Assembly: GCF_039654945.1 (NCBI RefSeq)
Contig: NW_027361731.1
Span: 25,668,001 to 25,732,000 of the forward strand
Length of the DNA: 64,000 nt
Direction: 5' to 3'
Source: Dendrobates tinctorius
Taxonomy: Eukaryota
This document shows positions 51,227-60,926 of this stretch, in pieces. Below the pieces are notes generated by a model, which saw nothing but the letters and a program-made list of their open reading frames with translations, was not told where the DNA came from and searched no databases. How positions within the stretch are numbered: position 1 is the stretch's first letter; every line of letters begins with the position of its first letter. The translations under genes were made by a program, and so were the position numbers.

Positions 51227-51399
51227 CACTGATCACATGACGTGTGTGTATATAGCTATGTGATCACATTACAGAGCATGGCCCCCACAGCTGTCACTCC
51301 CACACACAATCACCCTCCTCCTCACAGACCTGTAGACCGGAGGCGGCAGCATCTGTGGAGACGAGTCCGGGGCTTCTACTCTGCAGGAGGCGGCCGCGG

Positions 51400-51520
51400 A
51401 GGCTGCTGGGAGATGTAGTGCTCACCGCGCACCCACAGCAGCCGCCGCTCATTAGTGCTGCTGTAAGATAGGACCTACGGTGACGTCACGGCCACGTGAC
51501 CCTTGTGTGGGCGGGGCTAT
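51400..51520 (-). promoter_or_regulatory. Candidate CpG-island promoter and non-coding exon 1 of gene B
   Basis: Full CRE TGACGTCA 51481-51488, E-box CACGTG 51493-51498, GC box 51509-51516, ZNF143-like ACTACATCTCCCAGCAGCC (- strand, 51419-51401), donor GCG|GTGAGC at 51425. Confidence 0.62.
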
Positions 51521-51833
51521 TACTATAGCATTCCATGCAGAGATGCGGCCGCCGGCCACACTGAGAGGCGGCAGAGAGGCCGGCGGCTGTGTACGGACGC
51601 CGGGTGAGGCGGGGGGGCCGCCTCTGCTCTGTTTCTCAGCGCCTGTAGTTTGGCTCAACCGTGGTCTCCGGTGCGCGGCGGGTTATAATACACCGCCGGT
51701 TACACAGAGCCCGATGTTAGGGTCCGTTATTCTTTTCTATCCTGTTGGGTTTAGGCTGCTGTGTACACAACCGGCCGCGTCCCGTGCTGGAAGTGCTCTG
51801 CTAATATATGATCGGTCTGCCGCTGTCACCCTC

Positions 51834-53120
51834 TCCCCGCTCCCACCTGCCCTCTGCCTCGTGACCTGCCCGCTCCCACCTGCCCTGCCCCCTCCTGACC
51901 TGCCCTCTGCCTCCTGACCTGCCGGCTCACACCTGCCCTCTGCCTCCTGACCTGCCGGCTCACACCTGCCCTCTGCCTCCTGACCTGCACGCTCCCACCT
52001 GCCCTCTGCCTCCTGACCTGCACGCTCCCACCTGCCCTGCCCCCTCCTGACCTGCCCTCTGCCTCCTGACCTGCCGGCTCACACCTGCCCTCTGCCTCCT
52101 GACCTGCCGGCTCACACCTGCCCTCTGCCTCCTGACCTGCCGGCTCACACCTGCCCTCTGCCTCCTGACCTGCACGCTCCCACCTGCCCTGCCCCCTCCT
52201 GACCTGCCCTCTGCCTCCTGACCTGCACGCTCCCACCTGCCCTCTGCCTCCTGACCTGCCCGCTCCCACCTGCCCTGCCCCCTCCTGACCTGCCCTCTGC
52301 CTCCTGACCTGCCGGCTCACACCTGCCCTCTGCCTCCTGACCTGCCGGCTCACACCTGCCCTCTGCCTCCTGACCTGCCCGCTCCCACCTGCCCTCTGCC
52401 TCCTGACCTGCCCGCTCCCACCTGCCCTGCCCCCTCCTGACCTGCCCTCTGCCTCCTGACCTGCCGGCTCCCACCTGCCCTCTGCCTCCTGACCTGCCCG
52501 CTCCCAACTGCCCTGCCCCCTGACCTGCCCTCTGCCTCCTGACCTGCCCGCTCCCACCTGCCCTCTGCCTCCTGACCTGCCTGCTCCCACCTGCCCTGCC
52601 CCCTGACCTGCCCGCTCCCTCCTGACCTGCCCTCTGCCTCCTGACCTGCCTGCTCCCACCTGCCCTGCCCCCTGCCTCACGACCTGCCCGCTCCCACCTG
52701 CCCTCTGCCTCCCGACCTGCCCTCTGCCTCCTGACCTGCCCGCTCCCACCTGCCCTGCCCCCTGACCTGCCCGCTCCCACCTGCGCTCTGCCTCCCGACC
52801 TGCCCGCACCCTCCTGACCTGCCCTCTGCCTCCTGACCTGCCCGCTCCCACCTGTGCTCTGCCTCCCGACCTGCCCTCTGCCTCCTGACCTGCCTGCTCC
52901 CACCTGCCCTCTGCCTCCTGACCTGCCCGCTCCCACCTGCGCTCTGCCTCCCGACCTGCCCGCTCCCTCCCGACCTGCCCGCTCCCACCTGCCCTCTGCC
53001 TCCAGACCTGCCCGCTCCCACCTTCCCTCTGCCTCCCGACCTGCCCGCTCCCACCTGCGCTCTGCCTCCCGACCTGCCCGCTCCCACCTGCGCTCTGCCT
53101 CCCGACCTGCCCTCTGCCTC
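51834..53120. repeat. Compound pyrimidine-rich minisatellite of shuffled ~14-19-bp ACCTGCCC modules
   Basis: Modules CCTGCCCTCTGCCTCCTGA, CCTGCCCGCTCCCA and CCTGCCGGCTCACA in irregular order. Confidence 0.9.
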
Positions 53121-53219
53121 CAATGTGCCTGAACCCTCCTGACACAGAGGGTCTGGGTCCAATGCAGAGAAGACATCACCTGCTCTACAGAAGAAAGCCA
53201 CATCCTGTATGTGGGAGCA

Positions 53220-54948
53220 TGATACTGTGTGTGGGGGAATGTTCTGTTGGGACATCATACTGTGTGTGAGGGGGAATGTACTGTGGGGACATCATACTGT
53301 GTGTGTGGGGGAATGTACTGAGGGGATATCATACTGTGTGTGTGTGGGAATGTACTGAGGGGACATCATACTGTGTGGGAATGTACTGAGGGGACATCAT
53401 ACTGTGTGTGTGTGGGAATGTACTGAGGGGACATCATACTGTGTGTGTGTGGGAATGTACTGAGGGGACATCATACTGTGTGTGTGGGGGAATGTACTGA
53501 GGGGACATCATACTGTGTGTGTGGGGGAATGTACTGAGGGGACATCATACTGTGTGTGTGGGGGAATGTACTGAGGGGACATCATACTGTGTGTGGGGGG
53601 AATGTACTGAGGGGACATCATACTGTGTGTGGGGGGAATGTACTGAGGGGACATCATACTGTGTGTGGGGGGGAATGTACTGAGGGGACATCATACTGTG
53701 TGTGGGGGGGAATGTACTGAGGGGACATCATACTGTGTGTGTGGGGGAATGTACTGAGGGGACATCATACTGTGTGTGGGGGAATGTACTGAGGGGACAT
53801 CATACTGTGTGTGGGGGAATGTACTGAGGGGACATCATACTGTGTGTGGGGGGGAATGTACTGAGGGGACATCATACTGTGTGTGGGGGGGAATGTACTG
53901 AGGGGACATCATACTGTGTGTGGGGGGGAATGTACTGAGGGGACATCATACTGTGTGTGGGGGGGAATGTACTGAGGGGACATCATACTGTGTGTGGGGG
54001 AATGTACTGAGGGGACATCATACTGTGTGTGGGGGAATGTACTGAGGGGACATCATACTGTGTGTGGGGGGGAATGTACTGTCAGGACATCATACTGTGT
54101 GTGGGGGAATGTACTGTGGGGACATCATACTGTGTGTGTGTGGGAATGTACTGAGGGGACATCATACTGTGTGTGTGTGGGAATGTACTGAGGGGACATC
54201 ATACTGTGTGTGTGGGGGAATGTACTGAGGGGACATCATACTGTGTGTGTGGGGGAATGTACTGAGGGGACATCATACTGTGTGTGTGGGGGAATGTACT
54301 GAGGGGACATCATACTGTGTGTGTGGGGGAATGTACTGAGGGGACATCATACTGTGTGTGTGGGGGAATGTACTGAGGGGACATCATACTGTGTGTGTGG
54401 GGGAATGTACTGAGGGGACATCATACTGTGTGTGTGGGGGAATGTACTGAGGGGACATCATACTGTGTGTGTGGGGGAATGTACTGAGGGGACATCATAC
54501 TGTGTGTGTGGGGGAATGTACTGAGGGGACATCATACTGTGTGTGTGGGGGAATGTACTGAGGGGACATCATACTGTGTGTGTGGGGGAATGTACTGAGG
54601 GGACATCATACTGTGTGTGTGGGGGAATGTACTGAGGGGACATCATACTGTGTGTGGGGGAATGTACTGAGGGGACATCATACTGTGTGTGGGGGAATGT
54701 ACTGAGGGGACATCATACTGTGTGTGGGGGGGAATGTACTGAGGGGACATCATACTGTGTGTGGGGGGGAATGTACTGAGGGGACATCATACTGTGTGTG
54801 GGGGAATGTACTGAGGGGACATCATACTGTGTGTGGGGGAATGTACTGAGGGGACATCATACTGTGTGTGGGGGGGAATGTACTGTCAGGACATCATACT
54901 GTGTGTGGGGGAATGTACTGTGGGGACATCATACTGTGTGTGGGGAAT
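53220..54948. repeat. 35-37-bp minisatellite (~47 copies) with variable (TG)n/Gn tract
   Basis: Unit AATGTACTGAGGGGACATCATACTGTGTGT(GT)GGGGG. Confidence 0.95.
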
Positions 54949-55984
54949 TGTGGTAGCAGGGAACCATGTGGAAGAACATTATGCAGTGGAGGCCATGAGG
55001 ACAGTAAGGGGCTTCAGTAGGGTGTAATAACTGAGTGCTGCAGTATACGTCACACTCATCATCTTTGGACGTTGCTAGGTCTGTCTGGGAGGACTGCGCC
55101 TATGTGCAGTGATAGACTTTTGGGGTCCTGTGATTTCTAGGACTCCCCTGCTCAGGAACATTCCTCTGTAGGGACACTGGTCTCATGTGCGGGGGCACTA
55201 GTCATAGTGGTATATGCTTTGGGTAGAGGTGGGGAAGGTGATGAACCGGCGGCTAAGTCAGAAGCCAAGTATCTGTGTGCTACATCTTGCAGGGACTGGG
55301 AGTGCGATCAGTCAGAATGTCACCGGTGAGGACCTGCACAGTGCACACAGAGCACGGCTGCAGACCTGGTACTGTCACCATATTGTGGTAACATCAGTAC
55401 TAATGATCAGCATGGCGGTATTATCACTACTGTACATGATGGTTAGAGTCCGGCAGTTATATTGCGGTATTACTGGAAATATCAGTCTTGTAGTAAATGC
55501 TGATTTCTTGCAGGCAGGGTAATATTAGTAACAGACCCCAGATGGGGAACATGACGGAGCCGGCGTGGGCCTGTGTGCTGGCAAATTCCCGGACTGAAAG
55601 TTGGCCCCAGTCCAGCTCCAGCTGGAAATCTATCATTGGCCACATTGGGTACAGCGGTTGTGTGGGGGTCCGCTAAGTAACTCACTGTTACGCAGGAGGC
55701 GCCGGTCCGGTGATGCGTCTCTGCACCCACTCAGAATTCTCACGGCAGCGCATACACTGCACAGATGGTGCCCCCTACAGAACAAATATAGGCTCAAGTG
55801 CAAAGTTTTGTGTGTTTTTATAACATCAATTTCTACAAGATAACAAAATTCATACGATAGTTTGGTTAAAAAAAATTCCCTCCTGTAGTGTCCGCCCTCG
55901 GGTAGTGTTCCCACTAGGGTTACTTACTGCAAAAAGAAAAATGGGTAAATAGAAAAGAAGATCCTGAATGGAGAAGCGAAGATG

Positions 55985-56750
55985 AGGGCTGCGGCCAGGA
56001 AAGGAGCAGAGAAGAGCTGCGGCCAGGAGAGGAGCAGAGAAGAGCTGCGGCCAGGAGAGGAGCAGAGAAGAGCTGCGGCCAGGAGAGGAGCAGAGAAGAG
56101 CTGCGGCCAGGAGAGGAGCAGAGAAGAGCTGCGGCCAGGAGAGGAGCAGAGAAGAGCTGCGGCCAGGAGAGGAGCAGAGAAGAGCTGCGGCCAGGAGAGG
56201 AGCAGAGAAGAGCTGCGGCCAGGAGAGGAGCAGAGAAGAGCTGCGGCCAGGAGAGGAGCAGAGAAGAGCTGCGGCCAGGAGAGGAGCAGAGAAGAGCTGC
56301 GGCCAGGAGAGGAGCAGAGAAGAGCTGCGGCCAGGAGAGGAGCAGAGAAGAGCTGCGGCCAGGAGAGGAGCAGAGAAGAGCTGCGGCCAGGAGAGGAGCA
56401 GAGAAGAGCTGCGGCCAGGAGAGGAGCAGAGAAGAGCTGCGGCCAGGAGAGGAGCAGAGGGCTGCGGCCAGGAGAGGAGCAGAGGGCTGCGGCCAGGGGA
56501 GGAGAGCCGAGAGCTGCAGTCAGAACTGCAGCGAGGAAAGGAGCCAAGGGCTGTGGCCAGGAGAGAAGAGCTGCAGCCAGAACTGCAGCGAGGAAAGGAG
56601 CCAAGGGCTGTGGCCAGGAGAGAAGAGCTGCAGCCAGGGGAGGAGAGCCGAGAGCTGCAGTCAGAACTGCAGCGAGGAAAGGAGCCAAGGGCTGTGGCCA
56701 GGAGAGAAGAGCTGCAGCCAGGAAAGGATTAGAGGGCTGCGGACAGGAGA
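55985..56750. repeat. 28-bp minisatellite (~18 clean copies to ~56495, then degenerate) in the probable 3' UTR of gene A
   Basis: Unit AGAGCTGCGGCCAGGAGAGGAGCAGAGA. Confidence 0.92.
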
Positions 56751-56924
56751 GAATAAGGACACCCTTAGCACAGGGGTCATCTACCAAATGTACACAAGTG
56801 TCCCCTACATCCATTAGGGATTACCAGACAGCATATAGCAGGCTGCCACCATGATTAGCGCTGCCCGGTGACTGCCGGTCCCACATGATCGGTTCCTCCC
56901 AGCATGCCATGGGGCAGGTGTCGC

Positions 56925-57271
56925 TCAGCAGCCATGTTTTCTTTTCCTGTGTGCTCTCAGTCCGGCGGCGGACTGGAAGGCTCTCCCGCACTCCTCGCAC
57001 TCGTGCAGCGTCTTGTCCAGGTGCTGCGCCTGGTGACTCTCCAGATCGGTTTCTGTGGTGAAGCAGGTGCCGCAGATCTCGCAGCAGAGCATTACCTCCA
57101 TGTGACGCTCTGCAGATCCCAGCTCGCGGTTACAGTTCAGCTTTTCTTTCCGCCTTATTCTTTTTGTCGTCTTCCTTGTGAGCGTGGAAACATCAGGGAG
57201 CACAAGAGTCATGGAGGCTTCGTCCTCCCCCCCTGCAGCGAGGCCGTCGCAGTCTGCACCACGGACCGTAC
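56925..57271 (-). CDS. Gene A terminal coding exon: two C2H2 zinc fingers (identical to gene B exon)
   Basis: Acceptor at 57272. Same translation as 47461-47115. Confidence 0.85.
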
Positions 57272-59222
57272 CTGACAAAGAGAGCGAGATCATCAGGATC
57301 CTGCAGTTTCAGGCGCAACCGGAGAAGCCAGGCAAGACCCACAATTAAAGGGGCACAAAGAAAAATACATTTTAGTCAGCAAAAATCCTCAAAAGCGTTA
57401 ATGTGCTGAGAGTCTTTGCTGTGTCCCATGTCACCCGCCGTCCCCAGCCATGTAGAGATGCTGCAGGGTCGTATACTCCACTTCTGGTGAAAAGTGACGA
57501 CAATATACAGGTGACACGGGCGGGGACCCTCCAGCTGATCGCCAGGAGCGGAGTAAGCGACCATGAGCTGCAGCATCTGCACATGCCGGGCGCAGAGCAG
57601 CACACAGGGAATGTCAGCAGCAGCTTCGTCTATTGATAAATGGTCCCTTTGTGTGTGGGAACCACACTAACATTCTGCAGAAATGACTTACCTGAGACTC
57701 GCGAGTCCTCCTCGCCCTCCGCACTGACGCTCTCCTCTTCTATCTTTAGGGTCTCGTTTTCTGGACAAAAAAGGACACAAATAATGAAACAGAACAGGCG
57801 AAACTCCAGGAGGGCAGCCGAGAATTAATGCAAAACAAACACTCTCTACACCTGAACACTATCCGCTCTCCTACCTGACACCTGCGCGTTGTCCACTCTC
57901 GTACCTGACACCTAAGCGATCTCCACTCTCGTATTTGACACTTGAATGCTCTCATACATAACACCCGAGCGCTCCCTGTTCTTGTACCTGACACCCGAGC
58001 GCTCTGCTCCCGTACCTGACACCTGAACGCTCTCTGCTCTCGTACCTGACACCTGAACGCTCTCTGCTCTCGTACCTGACACCTGAACGCTCTCTGCTCT
58101 CGTACCTGACACCTGAACGCTCTCCACTCTTGTATTTGACACTTGAGTGCTCTCATACATAACACTCGAGCGCTCCCTGTTCTTGTACCTGACACCCGAG
58201 CGCTCTCTGCTCCCTTACCTGACACCTGAACGCTCTCCGCTCTCGTACCCGACACCCGCGCGCTCTCCGCTCTCGTACCCGACACCCGCGCGCTCTCCGC
58301 TCTCGTACCCGACACCCGCGCGCTCTCCGCTCTCGTACCCGACACCCGCGCGCTCTCCGCTCTCGTACCCGACACCCGCGCGCTCTCCGTTCTCGTACCT
58401 GACACCTGCGCGTTGTCCACTCTCGTACCTGACACCTAAGCGATCTCCACTCTCGTATTTGACACTTGAATGCTCTCATACATAACACCCGAGCGCTCCC
58501 TGTTCTTGTACCTGACACCCGAGCGCTCTGCTCCCGTACCTGACACCTGAACGCTCTCTGCTCTCGTACCTGACACCTGAACGCTCTCTGCTCTCGTACC
58601 TGACACCTGAACGCTCTCTGCTCTCGTACCTGACACCTGAACGCTCTCCACTCTTGTATTTGACACTTGAGTGCTCTCATACATAACACTCGAGCGCTCC
58701 CTGTTCTTGCACCTGACACCCGAGCGCTCTCTGCTCCCTTACCTGACACCTGAACGCTCTCCGCTCTCGTACCCGACACCCGCGCGCTCTCCGCTCTCGT
58801 ACCCGACACCCGCGCGCTCTCCGTTCTCGTACCTGACACCTGCGCGCTCTCCGTTCTCGTACCTGACACCTGCGCGCTCTCCTCCCCGTTGGCTCTGTCA
58901 CCTTCTGTTGTGATTTTCCGACTCTGACAACCTGTGGGTAGAAGGACAGTGATGTAAGTGGCCGATCAGCTACCGCCCCGGAGCAGCGGCCGGTCTCGTT
59001 ACCTCTCCGCAGCTGGCGCAGGACGGTGGCCATCTTGGTGGGGCGGCCGCTCCGGGGAAGTGTGGAGATAGTGTTGAAGGTCTTCCACTTGTAGATGATC
59101 TTCCTCACTGTGGAGTGGTGCAGCTCACACATCTTACTGATGGTTTTGTAGCCTTTCCCAGCCTCGTGAGCCTCCACCACCCTCCTCCGCACGTCCTCCG
59201 AGAAGTCCTTGGACCGGGGCAT
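56925..59222 (-). CDS. Gene A: spliced Tc1-transposase HTH - acidic linker - 2x C2H2 zinc-finger fusion protein, predicted 234 aa (274 aa with donor 58742); join(59222-59003, 58931-58863, 57760-57692, 57271-56925)
   Basis: Exon lengths 220+69+69+347=705 nt. All junctions phase 1, GT-AG with pyrimidine tracts, open to TGA 56927-56925. Confidence 0.8.
57692..57760 (-). CDS. Gene A acidic linker exon (ENETLKIEEESVSAEGEEDSRVS)
   Basis: Strong acceptor TCCTTTTTTGTCCAG| at 57761 and perfect donor CAG|GTAAGT at 57691. 69 nt, symmetric phase 1. Confidence 0.82.
57845..58880. repeat. 30-bp minisatellite with a 524-bp higher-order duplication, overlapping the exon/intron junction of gene A
   Basis: Unit CTCGTACCTGACACCTGAACGCTCTCTGCT and variants. 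The variant pattern at 57912 repeats at 58436. Confidence 0.92.
58863..58931 (-). CDS. Gene A linker exon (GCQSRKITTEGDRANGEESAQVS); 3' boundary uncertain (donors every 30 nt down to 58742)
   Basis: Acceptor TCCTTCTACCCACAG| at 58932 (71-nt intron). Donor TCAG|GTACGA at 58862 or TCAG|GTAAGG at 58742. Confidence 0.6.
59003..59222 (-). CDS. Gene A coding exon 1: Tc1/mariner transposase N-terminal paired-like HTH + RSGRPTK linker
   Basis: MPRSKDFSEDVRRRVVEAHEAGKGYKTISKMCELHHSTVRKIIYKWKTFNTISTLPRSGRPTK. Acceptor-like CTCTCTTCGGTGCAG|CCGGGAACCATG at 59232, donor AGAG|GTAACG at 59002. Confidence 0.85.
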
Positions 59223-59319
59223 GGTTCCCGGCTGCACCGAAGAGAGCAGAACAGAAGGCGTCACCGGGACCTCACCGAGTCCACGGCGTGCAGCGGACAG
59301 CCACAACAACATCAAAGCT

Positions 59320-59575
59320 CAGCAGTCACGTGACCTGCGCAGGACGCTCTGCGCACACAACTGGGACGATCAGCAGTCACATGACCGGCGTGCACAGGCT
59401 CAGAAAAGATTCACCAATCAGCGTCGTTACGTCACCGGACGGTCAACCAATAGACGGAAACGAAAAGCGCTAGTAAGTATTGTCTCACACCCGGCAGTAG
59501 TGTCCCCAACTTGGCGGCCATCTTATTGTAGCCGGGACCACAGGCTGGGCTCCGTCTGTTGCTATGGCAGCTGAG
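59320..59575. promoter_or_regulatory. Candidate CpG-rich, possibly bidirectional promoter of gene A
   Basis: GTCACGTGAC 59325-59334, GTCACATGAC 59376-59385, CCAAT 59414 and 59447, TTACGTCA 59427-59434, YY1-like GGCGGCCATCTT 59513-59524, X-box-like GTTGCTATGGCAGC 59558-59571. Confidence 0.62.
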
Positions 59576-59626
59576 CGTTGCCCACATTCTGCGGGGTGAT
59601 CCACAGAGCTCTGGACTGGAGCTGCC

Positions 59627-60655
59627 GCAGGCTGTGCACATACTGTAGATAGAACCGCAGGGTGTGCACGGAGATAGAACCGCAGGGTGTGCACATACTG
59701 TAGATAGAACCGCAGGGTGTGCACGGAGATAGAACCGCAGGGTGTGCACATACTGTAGATAGAACCGCAGGGTGTGCACGGAGATAGAACCGCAGGGTGT
59801 GCACATACTGTAGATAGAACCGCAGGGTGTGCACGGAGATAGAACCGCAGGGTGTGCACATACTGTAGATAGAACCGCAGGGTGTGCACGGAGATAGAAC
59901 CGCAGGGTGTGCACATACTGTAGATAGAACTGCAGGGTGTGCACGGAGATAGAACCGCAGGGTGTGCACATACTGTAGATAGAACCGCAGGGTGTGCACG
60001 GAGATAGAACCGCAGGGTGTGCACATACTGTAGATAGAACTGCAGGGTGTGCACATACTGTAGATAGAACCGCAGGGTGTGCACATACTGTAGATAGAAC
60101 CGCAGGGTGTGCACATACTGTAGATAGAACTGCAGGGTGTGCACGGAGATAGAACCGCAGGGTGTGCACATACTGTAGATAGAACCGCAGGGTGTGCACA
60201 TACTGTAGATAGAACCGCAGGGTGTGCACATACTGTAGATAGAACCGCAGGGTGTGCACATACTGTAGATAGAACTGCAGGGTGTGCACGGAGATAGAAC
60301 CGCAGGGTGTGCACATACTGTAGATAGAACTGCAGGGTGTGCACGGAGATAGAACCGCAGGGTGTGCACATACTGTAGATAGAACTGCAGGGTGTGCACG
60401 GAGATAGAACCGCAGGGTGTGCACATACTGTAGATAGAACCGCAGGCTGTGCACATACTGTAGATAGAACCGCAGGGTGTGCACATACTGTAGATAGAAC
60501 TGCAGGGTGTGCACGGAGATAGAACCGCAGGGTGTGCACATACTGTAGATAGAACTGCAGGGTGTGCACGGAGATAGAACCGCAGGGTGTGCACATACTG
60601 TAGATAGAACCGCAGGCTGTGCACATACTGTAGATAGAACCGCAGGCTGTGCACA
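59627..60655. repeat. Minisatellite of interspersed 25-bp and 30-bp units
   Basis: GATAGAACCGCAGGGTGTGCAC followed by either GGA or ATACTGTA. Confidence 0.95.
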
Positions 60656-60926
60656 GAGCTGCCACAATCTTACACACTGATTCACTCAATACACTGACCG
60701 GAAAGTGTTAGTTATGAAGATGATGGAACCTCTTTGCCATGAGAATGGATAGCTCAAGAGAAAGTGTGAACGAGGACAAGGCAGCTGATGTCTCTGTGTC
60801 CTGTGACTGCATTATTAGAGAAGGCTGGCTGCTGAATACTGGGGGCTGTGATCACTGTCTTCTTCTGTCATCCATTGTTATCTCCAAGAAAACTCGTGCA
60901 GACATCATTGGTTTACAGGCCAGGCG

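Noticed and set aside
55020-55620. Possible non-autonomous DNA transposon end (CCCGGACTGAAAGTTGGCCCCAGTCC) around the 53-55 kb minisatellite
   Set aside because: No matching left TIR or TSD found by eye; a repeat library is needed.
50099-60689. Long ORFs in the 35-, 28-, 25/30-bp and compound repeats
   Set aside because: GC-rich repeat units lacking stops, open in multiple frames, with no domain content.
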